A DNA stretch of 42,873 nucleotides from Vicugna vicugna (taxonomy: Eukaryota). This document shows positions 1-11,199 of the stretch, piece by piece. A program made the translations under genes and the position numbers. Location: NCBI GenBank assembly GCA_013265495.1, contig MU058221.1:4714001-4756873 (forward strand), written 5' to 3'. The notes beneath the pieces are model-generated. The model had not been told where the DNA came from. It was given only the letters and a program-made list of their open reading frames with translations, and searched no databases. Position 1 is the first letter of the stretch, and the number at the start of each line of letters is the position of its first letter.

Positions 1-559
1 CGGGGAAGGGAGACAACTATGCGAGGGCAACCGGCCCCAACCTGAGCAAAGGGCGGTGGAAACCTATCTGCCACCACCCCCCACCCCGTCTCTACATCTC
101 TAGGACCCTCTGCTCTGATCCTTTTGGTGCAGGACCCCGCAGGGGTTCACCTCCTCAAGGGGCGGACAAGCGGGGGTGGGGGAGCAGGGGCAAGGCATGG
201 GGACTGCACAGGGGTGTGGCGTCCCCCGCGAACGGGGACTCCTGTAGAGCGCGCGTGCACGCCCGCACATCCACACCCACAACGACACACTACACACTCA
301 CACCAAACCGTACACCCCTCCCTCGCCGGTTTCCCGCGCCCCTTCTGCGCGTGAGCAGATTTCCGGAGAGGGGAGTGCAGCCCCCTAAGAAAAACGAAGG
401 CTTGGCTCCCACCTTGGCGGCGCCTGAGGTCTCCACGGCGGGGACTCGGCGAGCTGGGGGAACTGGGCGCAGGGGCCCCGCGCGCGGGAAGAGCCGCGCC
501 CAGCCTAGCGGGTAGCCGGGCGGAGGGCGCGGGAGGGAAGCGGGCGGCCCACGCCGGCC

Positions 560-651
560 CCGCCCCCCGGCCGTCGGGCCCGCCCCCTTTGCGGCGGGCG
601 AGGGGCGGGGCGGGGTGCGGCGTATATAAGACGAGGGGCGGGCGCCACTCT
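560..651 (+). promoter_or_regulatory. TMSB10: TMSB10 core promoter: GC boxes, TATA box, initiator-like element
   Basis: Tandem GGGGCGGGGC Sp1/KLF boxes (602-615), TATATAA at 623-629, CCACTCT (YYANWYY) at 645-651 followed by a pyrimidine tract. Confidence 0.85.
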
Positions 652-716
652 TTTGTCTCTTGCTGCAGCGGAGCGAGCGGGAGCATCCGGACCTCGGCTC
701 GGAGCGGAACTCCTCG
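650..716 (+). other. TMSB10: TMSB10 exon 1 (non-coding 5' UTR)
   Basis: Starts ~25-30 nt after the TATA box; ends at donor CTCG|GTGAGC (intron from 717); resembles the recalled mammalian TMSB10 5' UTR. Exact TSS uncertain. Confidence 0.75.
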
Positions 717-1000
717 GTGAGCGGCGCGCTGGGGCGGGGGCCCCATCAGGGTGGGGTCGGAGCGGGTTTCCCCAGCGGGCGCGGCGCGGCGCGGCTGCAT
801 CCGGGCGCGCTTCCCCGACGGGGCGCCCGGGCCGGCCACACCCTGGGGCTGCGGAGGGGGTGCGGGACGCGCACAGATCCTCGACCTCGCGGCTGCCGGG
901 AACGCCCTGATCGGAATGCCACGTCGAGAGGCGGCGGCGGGGAGCGTGGAGGGGGCCGCTGGCCCTGGCCCTGGGCCAACCGCCTTGGTTTGCCCGCTAG

Positions 1001-1177
<177 letters not shown>

Positions 1178-1392
1178 TAACCCAGCCCCCCACTCCCATC
1201 CGGCCGGTGCCTCCCATCGAGCGGCCCCAGTCCCCCTTTCTGTTACACAAAGCGCTGTTTCTCCACAGCCCCAAACCCCTTTCTGAATCCCCAGACCGCG
1301 TGGGTGCCTCGCCCACACCAGGTTTTAAGCGCCTCGGTGGGGGGGTTGCAAGGGGTCCCCATCCCCCAGTGCCCGCTTCCTGCTCTCTACAG

Positions 1393-1421
1393 CCATTGAG
1401 CAGGAGAAGCAAGCGAAGTGA
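1393..1421 (+). CDS. TMSB10: Thymosin beta-10 (beta-9 type), coding part of exon 3: (T)IEQEKQAK*; full product 42 aa including Met
   Basis: Acceptor ctctctacAG|CC at 1392/1393 completes ACC (Thr); ATT GAG CAG GAG AAG CAA GCG AAG TGA (stop 1419-1421). Confidence 0.95.
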
Positions 1422-1655
1422 AATTTCCTAAGCACCTGGAGGATTCTCCACCCCCATCATCCTGGAGACCCTAGTCGTGATGTGGGTGAAGAGCCACCTG
1501 CAAGATGGACACGAGCGACAAGCTGCACTGTGAACCCGGGCGCTCCGTGCCGGCGCCACCGGCCCGCGGGTCTCTGAGGGGACCCTCCAATCGGACTGCC
1601 AAATTCTCCGGTTTGCCCTGGGATATTATAGAAAATTATTTGTATGATTAATGAA

Positions 1656-1661
1656 AATAAA
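1656..1661 (+). terminator. TMSB10: TMSB10 polyadenylation signal AATAAA
   Basis: AATAAA after an AT-rich 3' UTR segment, followed by ACACACCTTGTGGCA and a GT-rich downstream element; cleavage expected ~1675-1685. Confidence 0.9.
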
Positions 1662-2781
1662 ACACACCTTGTGGCATGGCTGGCGTGGTCTGAGTCTCTT
1701 AGTTGAGTATGCGTGGGAAGTGTCGCTGCAGCAAAGCCCCACGCGCCGGACTTCCTGCCGCAGAGCGGGGGAGGGGGTCTCGGGGTGGGCGGGCTGGGAG
1801 GGCCCACCTTTTAATTTTGTCTTTATCTGCTTCTCCGTAGGATTTCATGGGTTATTAGCCGCTTACTCTTGCTTGCAATGCAATTTATACAAAATATAAC
1901 CCCACTTTTCGTTCCTGGAAACTGTTTTGGAAAATACTTTTTCAGAAAAGCAGGATTTGTTTCTGATAAGCTTTTACAGCCCTACTATTTTCCGGCCTCG
2001 TAGTTCTGATCCACACGGGGAGAGAACAGCGATTTAAAGCCTTGAGAAGAAAGGGGTGGGGAAAACGGAATTTGGAATGCTGAAAATTGGGCGAGGTCAC
2101 AAAGTCTCCAGGAGGCTTTCTCTCGAGGAGGCACCGGAACAAGAACAAAGGCGGGGTCCAGGCAAAGAACACCAAGACCATCGGGACGGGAGGAACCGAC
2201 ACCAGAACTAGCGTTGCTGGGGAGGGGACAGCCCAGGTTTTTGTCTTTTAACCCTGGCTCAGAACCTTCCACAAAAGCGTTAGCCATTAGAGGGAGTGTG
2301 GGCTGTGATCGGCAGGAAGGGTGGGAACATGGAGGGAGGGCTGGCGCCGGCGGAGGCAGCAGCAGAGCGCTGCTGGGTCACACCCTCTGGATCCACGGGG
2401 AAGTGGGGACTAACCCAGAGGGGGGCCTGGGGCTGCCAGGCTTTCTCTAGCACCAAAAAGAGGCTTGTGATTTCCGGGGATGGAATTTCCTTTTAAGGAG
2501 GGAGGAGCGGGCACATTGTGTTGTGATTTGTCCCATATCTGCCTGCCTGCCAGGGGCTAGACACTGAGGGCAGGTACTTTGAATGCATTGTGATCCCTGT
2601 CCACAGGGACTTCAAGTCCACTGGGTGAGACTGTGACCACAGCAGACTACAGTTGGGGACATTTAGGCTGAAAAAGCCACTGCCCGTTTGGCATGAAGGA
2701 GTGGCTTAACAGACCTGTGCTGTGGCGGGTAATTGGGCCTGAGGAGGAGAATAAGGAAGAGAGACATCAGGAGACCACAGC

Positions 2782-2930
2782 GGCCAGGCACTGTGCTCGG
2801 AGCTTTAATTCTCAGAAACTATGAAAGCAGTGTGACTATCATCCCAATTTACAGATGGGAAAACTAAGGTTCAAAGAGACTAGGGATTTGCTAGTCACAT
2901 AGCCAGTGAGTAGTGGAGCTGGAATTGGGC
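2782..2930 (-). mobile_element. MIR SINE fragment
   Basis: MIR core 'atcatcccaatttacagatgggaaaactaaggttcaaagaga...gtcacatagccagtgagtagtggagctgg'. Confidence 0.8.
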
Positions 2931-3099
2931 CAAGGGTGTGCTTTGGGGGAATCCTATAGCCTGATGTTCAGGACATCTGTTGTGTGCAACGTTCCATGAG
3001 CATCCACTAATTGAGGCATATTTATAATTGTCTCTGTTGGGTCTACCTTCAAATAGCAGCGTAGTATATCTGCTGGTGAGAGGGCTTTGGAAAGAAAGA

Positions 3100-3420
3100 A
3101 AGCTGGTGAGGGTAAGTGTCCTGGGGTGAGAGATGGGAGCACTGTCTTCAATGGGATGATCAAGAAGGGCTCCTGGGAGAAGGAGCCTTGGAGCAAAGAC
3201 TTAAGGGCTGAGAGGAGGAGAGTGGAGGGATAAGGTGAGCCTGTTTCTGGGGGAGGAACAGCAAGTGCATTCTTACTGCAAGATCGGAAAGAGCTGGGGC
3301 CTCTGAGGGACAACAAAAAGCTGGCCTGGAGTGAGCACGGTGAAGGGAGCTGAGGTGGGAGCGGCCAGGAGGTGCAGGAGGCAGATGGTGAGGTCCTAGG
3401 TCTGTTGCAAGGTTGGCTGC
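3100..3420 (-). mobile_element. L2 LINE fragment
   Basis: Purine-rich L2 antisense signature 'atcaagaagggctcctgggagaaggagccttggagcaaagacttaagg...ggaggaacagcaagtgca'. Confidence 0.65.
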
Positions 3421-4502
3421 TGAGGGGTTCCCCCTCCCCTATCCCAAGGCGCCCCCAGGCACCCCTCCTGGGGATAAAGTACCTGTCTGGACACAACCAC
3501 ACCTACGGCCTCTTCTGGACCAAGCTGCTCTCCAGGTCATCTGGGAAGTGAAGACCAGGTCTTCTCCCTTCAGGTCCCACAGACCCCTCGTGGCCAGTGG
3601 GCGCGCCCAGGACAAAAGCCCCAGAGTCCCGCTTCGCTTCCGGGGTCCTCTCCCTCTCAGAAGATGCCCATGACTTTCTCGCCCCTTCCCCAGGAAATCC
3701 TTTGTATTCTGAGGTGGTAGGGCGCCCATGTGAGCCTTGCTCTTCCTAGGAATTTAAGGACAAAACTCAGGAGGAGACTGAAGGGCACTTTTGCTCTTCC
3801 ACTCTGAGACAATGAGCTATTGGATGGGGCCCGGCCAAGGTGGGGAAAGGAGGGGTGGAGAGGCGAGGGGACTGAGTTATCACATCAGAAATCTTACCAC
3901 ACCACATGGTTTACAAGGTAAGGCTGGTCTTCCTCAAACCGTCCCGGCTCCTGAGCTGCTTAAGGGCACACACATGTGGACACCCCTCAGCCTGAATGGT
4001 AAAACCCCCAGAAGACAGGCCCGAAAGGCCAAGCACTGGCCAAGAGGCCCACCTTCCTAGGCCCCACCTCTCCCCATGGTTGATCCCAGCGGATTTCGCG
4101 GGCATCACAGTGGAGTCAGCACGAGAACCCGGAGCTGGAGGGTCAGAGAGCATGGAAGCATCTCAGGCCCCCCCTTTCCCTCCCTCCTCCCTCCCTTACC
4201 CCTCCCCCCACCGCTATCTCTACGCTGTGCCACCGGGGAACGCTGACACCCTCAGGAGAATTATCCTGAATTTCTGGTTTCTGCCCTTTTCCTCCTAAGA
4301 ACTCAGGAAACAATGATAAGCCCAGCCACCAAATGAGGCTTGCGCTGAAGCTGAAATAGAATGGTCATGTTTCTTTTTAAACACACCTGAATTTCTAGTT
4401 TCACTTTCTTATTTCATTCCTAAGACAAGCTTTAAAAATCAGGCCTCCAGGTTATGAAGAGGGCTCAGGGCTTGGGACTTTTCACTGACTTTCCTTCTTT
4501 CT

Positions 4503-5024
4503 TTTTTAAATTTTTTATTGGTGTGTAGTTGATTTACCATGTTAGTTTCAGGTGTACAGCAAAGCGATTCAGTTACACATATCATACCTAGTTATTTTTT
4601 TCAGATTCTTTTCCATTACTCATTACAAGAAATGGAATCTAGTTCCCTGGGCTGTGCAGTAGCTCCTCGTTGTTACCTAGTTTATATACAGTCATGTGTG
4701 TCTTTTAATCCCCAACCCCTAATTTATCCCTCCCCACCCTTTCCCTTTGGTAACTATAGTTTGTTTTTTACATTGTGAGTCTGTTTTTTGATTTGTTAAT
4801 AGAATTTGTGTCATTTTTTTAGATTCCACAGATGAGTGATATATGATATTTGTCTTTCTCTGTCTGATTTACTTCATTCAATATGATAATCTCTAGGTCC
4901 GTCCTACAGATTGCTGCAAATGGCAGTATTTCATTCATTTCTTGTGGCTGAGTAATATTCCATTATACATATGGAATATATATGTATGTGTATGTGTGTG
5001 TATATATATGTGTGTGTATATGTG

Positions 5025-5057
<33 letters not shown>

Positions 5058-5267
5058 CACATCTTCTTTATCCAGTCAACTGTTGATGGACATTTAGGTT
5101 GTTTCCTTGTCCCAGCTATTGTAAATAGTGCTGCTATGAACATCGGGGTGCAGGTGTCTTTTCGAATTAGAGTTTTCTCTAGATATATGCCCAGGAGTGG
5201 GATTGCTAGACCATATGTTAAGTCTATTTTTAGTTTTTTAAGGAACCTCCAGACTGTCCTCCATCAT
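4503..5267 (-). mobile_element. L1 3' end (ORF2 C-terminus + 3' UTR), cetartiodactyl type, with internal (TA)n/(CA)n microsatellite
   Basis: Minus-strand ORF 4931-5143 MFIAALFTIAGTRKQPKCPSTVDWIKKMW matches the L1 ORF2 C-terminus; poly(T) at left; 3' UTR shared with other copies in the window. Confidence 0.92.
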
Positions 5268-5984
5268 GGCTCCTTCGCTGTCTTTCTTAGGGTGCACCCG
5301 GGGCTCAGGACGACAGAAGAACCCCATTTCCACACTCCACCCCCGAATCAAGAAGCAGGTGTGCCGAGTGCCTGGTGTGTACCCCGTGCTGCTCAAGGTG
5401 CCGGCAAAACAGAGGGAGGCCACCCCAGGGAGCAGCTGGGCTAGATCAGAAGGAAGACCCAACCTGTCTTCCCAACAATTCCCAACCCCCCAGGTCGCTC
5501 TCCCACCCTCTTCTCTGACCCTCAGGCGAACCCTTCCCCTCCTCGGGCAGTATCATGTGCCTGGGTTCCCACCTTCTCCTGTCATTTCCCTTGAACGGGG
5601 AACACCCTCCCGTGTTGCTCCTGTCTGTTCTCCCTGCAGTCCCCAACCAGACGTGCAGGGGAAACTCCTCTGTTTCTCCTGTCTCCAGCTGGGTGTCCTC
5701 TGGTTCCATTCGGTTCTGACACTGTCCGCCTGGAGTTAGCATCAGAGCCCACAGGTTAAGGGCTCGGTTCCACAAAAGCGCCCCCTCCCCACACCTCAGA
5801 CGCCAGGGGCCCGTCCATCCTGACAGAGGGCAGAAGTGGAGCCCGGCCGCCCTCTGACCCAGCGACCACAGGCCTCGCGGTCCATTCCAGAGAAACGAGG
5901 GCATGCGTGTATTTGATGTATTCACATGCTTAACCACTGAGTTACTCCACAGCAGCCACAAAGGAGCCCAGCGCTGGTGTCCGA

Positions 5985-6205
5985 TGTTGTGTGATTCCAT
6001 TCAGATGACGTTCTAGAAAAGGCAAAAGTAATTTTTGATGATAAAAGTCAACAAAACCTCGTGGGGGGAGAAAAACATATACCTTGTTCAGAGCGGTAGT
6101 TACAGGAGTGTGTACATGTGTAAAAATTATCGAGTTGTACACTTACGATCAGCATTCATCTGCACACCACTGTATGTATGTTTTACATCAACTACAAGAT
6201 TTTTT
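5985..6205 (+). mobile_element. Old L1 (L1ME-like) 3' UTR fragment
   Basis: 'tgtgtgattccatt...ctagaaaaggcaaaa...gtaaaaattatcgagttgtacactta...tgtatgttttacatcaa'. Confidence 0.65.
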
Positions 6206-6369
6206 AATCCTGTGAAGAGCTAAGGATTGCCAGCTTTTAAGGCTGCTTACTGTCAACTCAGAGGAAAGCGCAGAAGCTGATAAAAGCAGAGCCTCTAACT
6301 GGTCCCACAGGGCAGCAGGAAGCCACGTTTTCCCTCCTTCTTCCCTGCCCTTGAGCATTTTCTCCACTT

Positions 6370-6655
6370 TGAATGACTCTCCTTCTCTTTTCTAGTTAGT
6401 CAAGCCTCAGCCATCCTTCAAGGCCTTACCAAGCACCACCTTCTCCGTAATGGGCTAGTGCCCGCCTGGATTTCCCAACCAGAGACATTCTCTCTGTCCT
6501 CTCAGCGTCTACCTGTCCCTCTCAGCTGGTACCTGGCCACATCCATCACCTTCTAGGGTAGACTGAACAGAGAAGGATTCATATTAATTGATACTGGTGA
6601 CTCCCACAGTAGCCAGTCTATGATAGACACTCGGTAAACACTCACTGAATTAAAG
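6370..6655 (+). mobile_element. L2 3' fragment
   Basis: 'ccatccttcaaggcct...caccttctcc' and terminal 'atagacactcggtaaacactcactgaat'. Confidence 0.5.
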
Positions 6656-6999
6656 CTGAAGTACCAGCAGCCTCACCTGCTCCATTTTGGCCACACTAAA
6701 GCCAACACACTACAGTCTTATTGCTGGTTTTCTTGTGCTTTGACGGGGCCCAAGCATGATGGACATGATGGATTTGCCAGGGTTCAGGGAGGCCAAACAG
6801 CAGCGTCATTTCCCTCCCAGAACCGGGACAGGATGCAGTCCTATTACAATGAGGGGAAGTACAGGTAATTCACAGTTGAGGCTACTGATGGAAAGCTATT
6901 TACTGCCCAGATGGGAACTGTGAATCTCAGCCAGTTAGAAGATTTTAGATATTGGGGTGCTGTTTTCTGTGACATTCAGAGGCTGTGCTCTTGTTCAGT

Positions 7000-7260
7000 T
7001 TCATTCAACCTGCATTTTTTGAGCACTCAGTGAGTGTCTATCACTGTACGAGGCCCATGGAAGCCATAAAAGACACGAGCCAAGCAGCTATACAAAAGGC
7101 AGAACCAAACCAATGCTAGAGAGGGCTCTAAGCAAAGCTCCGAGGGAAGGTACGTGAAGGAGCTGTTAACTCTGGGCAAGAGGCTGCTTTGTGGGAGCAA
7201 GGAGCATTTGGATAAAGACCCAGAGGAGTGAGAAAGGAGCAGGGGTTTCTTAACAGAGGA
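7000..7260 (-). mobile_element. L2 3' end fragment
   Basis: 'ttcattcaac...ttttgagcac...ctatc' antisense L2 tail pattern. Confidence 0.45.
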
Positions 7261-7359
7261 GCAATTCGTAGTGATACCATAGCATGTTTGTACTTTCAGG
7301 ACATAAGGAATTGTTCCATGTGCCATTGGGGGAGGATGTGACATGTGAACCAACACAGT

Positions 7360-7560
7360 CACCCTGAAGCCACGAAGAGCCACGCCAACATGCTGAAAGA
7401 GTGGAGAAATGAAAAGAAACTGGGTGGAGCTCTTGAGCTGCTGAGGGTTTCCTGAAAATGCCTCACCTTTGAACTTTTTATGTGAAATAATAGGTTCTTC
7501 TTCTATTTAAGGAATCTGTAGTGGCAGTTTCTGTTTCCGGTCGTCAAAGATATTCTCCCA
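7360..7560 (+). mobile_element. MaLR LTR fragment (MLT1J/K-like)
   Basis: 3' MLT1 features 'gaaaagaaactgggt...ttgagctgctga...gaactttttatgtgaaataata...tatttaag'. Confidence 0.55.
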
Positions 7561-7665
7561 GTGATCACCTGGAATGGAAGTCTCTGGAGATGGAGATACT
7601 GGTTTGTAGGATATTGTAACAGTCCAGGCAAGAGGCAACAAAGGCTTAAATGAAAAACCTGCACG

Positions 7666-7874
7666 TCGTGATGTGCTGGTGAGTGTTCAACAACCAGCTC
7701 TCAGTTCAGGGTGGAGGTGGGTAGGTGCTGAATTCGTAGCATTTGCAAATTTCTATGGTGTGTTATCACCAATTTCAAACTGCCAACGCTTTAAGCACCA
7801 ACTTGCCCGCTTTCTGAAAAGTTTAACAATTGGATCTTCACCAGCTGGTGCCGGTTGGCTTCAGCACACCCCTG
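7666..7874 (-). mobile_element. MER63-like hAT (Blackjack) DNA transposon fossil
   Basis: Terminal inverted repeats 'gtgatgtgctgg' ... 'tcagcacacccctg'; internal 'tttaacaattgg' matches the recalled consensus. Confidence 0.75.
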
Positions 7875-7991
7875 GCTGCAGGGACAGGAAATCAGGGCAG
7901 ATACAAAAGACTTTGCACAGGAAGAATTAGTAAGACTTCAGATCATGTGAGCAGTTACAGAAGTTGTAATCTGACAAACTGAAACAAACTT

Positions 7992-8395
7992 ATTTTTTAA
8001 CATAGTTCAGAGAATATTTATTGACCCGGAGAGATGTTCTTTTTTTTGTTTCCTTATTGTGAAGATTTCTTATTTTTATTGAATTATAGTGGGTTTACAG
8101 TGTTGTGGTAATTTCTGGTGTACAGCATAGTGATTCAGTAATACATATTTCATATTCTTTTTCATTCCAGGCCATTACAAAGTATTGAATACAGTTCCCT
8201 GTGCTATACAGTAGGACCTTGTTGTTTATCCAGTTTCGTGGAGATTTTTCTTGTAGCTCCAATTGTACAAGATTTTCTGCCAAAGTTCCGTAGGTATTAT
8301 GTGAGAGCTGGTCCACGTGCAGATGTGTTTTTGATGTATTCTGAGGAGAGGATGAGCTCCACACCCTTCTCTTTACCATCTTGAAGCCCCTCTTA
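7992..8395 (-). mobile_element. Mini-L1: L1 5' end fused to L1 3' UTR plus 3'-transduced tail, flanked by 11-bp TSD
   Basis: TSD GAAACAAACTT at 7981-7991 and 8396-8406; 8230-8395 reads (minus) GGGGCTTCAAGATGG...GTGGAGCTCATC..., an L1 5' terminus with YY1-type motif; 8071-8229 is L1 3' UTR; 7992-8070 is extra sequence with its own AATAAA. Confidence 0.8.
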
Positions 8396-9559
8396 GAAAC
8401 AAACTTTTGCTTACTTCTGTGGTTTCATTTCTGCGCTTCAAGAGTGGAAGACCAAAGCGCCCAGTAACCAGGACATTTCCCAGAAAATGCATTGGGAGAC
8501 ACAGTACTGCTTTGGGGAAAGATTTTACAGTCCCCAAATAAGTATCATACATTAATTGCATGGCCAAACTATTGTACAGATACAGAATAAAACAAGGCCT
8601 TGAGAAAGTGGGTGCCTCTGGCACTGAGCCCTGGGAAGGGCCAGGTGAACTTGTAAGACATCACAGCATCCTAGGACCTTCATCAGGCAGAACCCTGGAA
8701 GTTGACGTCAGTGGGAGTCTGGCTGGAAGCACATGGTGGGGAAAAAGCAGGCCAGGTGGCCAGGATCAACAGGCTAGTTAGGGCAGCCAAAGTGGAGATG
8801 CTATAGTTTGTTAATCCGTTGCTTTCTCCGTCTGTTCAATCACAATTTATTAAGCTCCCGTGAAGTACTGGGTCCTAGGCTACGTGCGCTCAGGATAAAC
8901 ACAACGGGTGCTCCTGGACGTCATTCTCTTACAGGTAAGATGAACAGGTAACCTAGATTAATGACAAAATATGGGATCACGGAATTCTGTATTCTGATTT
9001 GAAACTAAAAGGGCATTAATATTTTTTACCTCCCCAGTGAAATTCGAAAGACTGAGCCCTTAACACTGAGACACAGGCCTGTTGGCTCAACCCCGGAGTT
9101 TTTCAGCATTTACTCTGAATTTCTATAGCACTCATTTCTATCTCTGTAATGTTAAATCGATGTTCGCTAGAAATCAGCAAGATTAGGAGGGTTAGAAGAT
9201 ACAAGTCGTTGGCCCCATGAATGCAGGTTATCAAGCACCTCAATCATAGCAGAGGCTTTGTTCCACATTATGGAGAAATCCTGTTCTCTGCAAAAGCCAT
9301 TCTGCCCAGGAAACTTCTCACTCTTGTATCATTGCAGCTCCCAAGACCTTCATCTGAGGCATCTGTGGCTAAAAAGAACCTATTCTTTGACTCAACCTTT
9401 TTTGTCCAAATATTATCTCCTGCAAGGCTGTCCCTCATTTTGTTTCCTGCTACTCAGATGCCAGGTTATTTGAGATGGCTTGTTGTTAGGGGAAAAAAAA
9501 TCAGTACAGTGTATAATCATATCACGGGGGTTCTTTCGGTTTTGCTTAAAAAAAAAAAA

Positions 9560-10100
9560 ATGCCGTCCAGCCTGGCTTAGGCAAAAAGGATTTATTTACT
9601 CATATAAATGAGAAATCCAGGGAGTAGGTTTTGTTTCAGGTGGGCTGATGTGAAGATACAGTCAAATGATGTCTCAGGGACTTGGCTTCTCTTTCCACCT
9701 CTCACCTCAAACTTCCGCATTCTCAGGCTGACCCTCCCCCCTCACAGTGACAATACAGCTGCTGGAGCACAAAGACGACCTTCCTCCCAGGGGTAAGGAC
9801 AGCAGAGAAGAGGGAACTTCTCTTTAACCAGTTTCAGCAAAAGCCCTAGACCTAACTTTCAACAGTCTGAGTTGGGTCAAGGGTCCATCCCTGACCCAGT
9901 CACCCTGGCTGGGATAAGTGAAGACAGAGCCTGGTTTCAAACTAGCTCATATGCTACCCCTGGAATGAGGGGATGGATCAGCTTCACTGGAATCACAGGG
10001 ACATCACGTGGAGAAGGAGTACATTTCTGAAAATCGGGGAATATTAATAAGTACAGGGTACATGGATATTAAGCATGAAAACCCATCAATGTCCACAACA
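9560..10100 (-). mobile_element. MaLR LTR (MLT1K/L-like)
   Basis: 'ggcttaggcaaaaaggatttatttactcatataaatgagaaatccaggg...gttgggtcaagggtccatccctgacccagtcaccctggct'. Confidence 0.7.
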
Positions 10101-10289
10101 GTCATGTGCTGAGCTGGAGTTTAAAGGTCCCATTCCAACCTTTTAACCCCTCGGGACTAGAAGGGCTATGCTGAGTCCAAACCTGGGGTAGACAGCTGTG
10201 AGCTGGCAGAGAAAATCTAACTTCTCTGTCATCCCAGCTCTATTCCCAGTGTCCCTGACAAAAACCAGGGCTGGGACAAAGGCCCTGAG

Positions 10290-10735
10290 ATTAAATACAG
10301 ACAGAGAGACACACACACACACATCGCCTGTGTACGTACATACATATATATATATATAAATGTGTGCATGTGTGTGTGCATATATATAAAGAGAGAGACT
10401 TTTAAGGAATTGGTTCACATGATTATGGGGGCTGGTAAATCCAAAATCCATACAGCAGGTCAGCAGACTGGAAACTCAAGCATTTCTTTCATGTTACAGT
10501 CTTAAAGCACAATTCCTTCCTCTCCAGGAAGCCTCAACTTTTGCTCTTCAGGCCTTCAACTGATTGAGCGAGGCCCACCCATATTAGAGCAGATAATCTC
10601 CTGTATTTCAAGTCAAGTGATTATAAATGTTAATCACATCCACAAAATACCTCCACAGCAACATCTAGACTGCATTTGACCAAATAACTGGGCACTATAG
10701 TCTAGTCAAGTGGATACAAGAAATGAACCATCACA
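10290..10735 (-). mobile_element. MLT2 (ERVL) LTR with TA/CA microsatellite
   Basis: Ends '...gaccaaataactgggcactatagtctagtcaagtggatacaagaaatgaaccatcaca', the reverse complement of the MLT2 5' terminus TGTGATGGTT. Confidence 0.85.
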
Positions 10736-10889
10736 GCACCTCGGGTTGGTTGCCCATTTCATCCCCAGAAGTACCTGGCTTCCACCAGGCATTGACTGCC
10801 TGGAACTGGGCACCAGTCTATGCCGTGCCAAGCCTGCCCAGCAGCAAGGAACACCCAGTGCAGAAGTTGGGGTCCCACCCCTACCCAGG

Positions 10890-11107
10890 GCCAGGAGATG
10901 AACAATAAGCTGACTGATGGAGCAGAAATCTGGGCAAAACCTCAGGATGAGCTTGGGACCTCCAAGCCACTACCACAGGTTTGGGTTGCCTACTTCCTGT
11001 CTTCTTTGGAGGGAGGGGAAAAAGCCTCCATGGTATTTCAGTCATTGGGTTTAGGGGGCTTTTCTGTCATATGCAGCTGTTACATGAACCCAATTCTACG
11101 TAATACA
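10890..11107 (+). mobile_element. MaLR LTR 3' part (MLT1J-like)
   Basis: Terminal '...ttttctgtcatatgcagctg...aacccaattctacgtaataca'. Confidence 0.55.
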
Positions 11108-11199
11108 AAAACCAAAGGGAATGCAACTCATTGAAGAAAAGATGATAAACAACTAAAGAAGAAAGCATTTTAAAAAAATAAAGCGTAATTCAAGATGAC

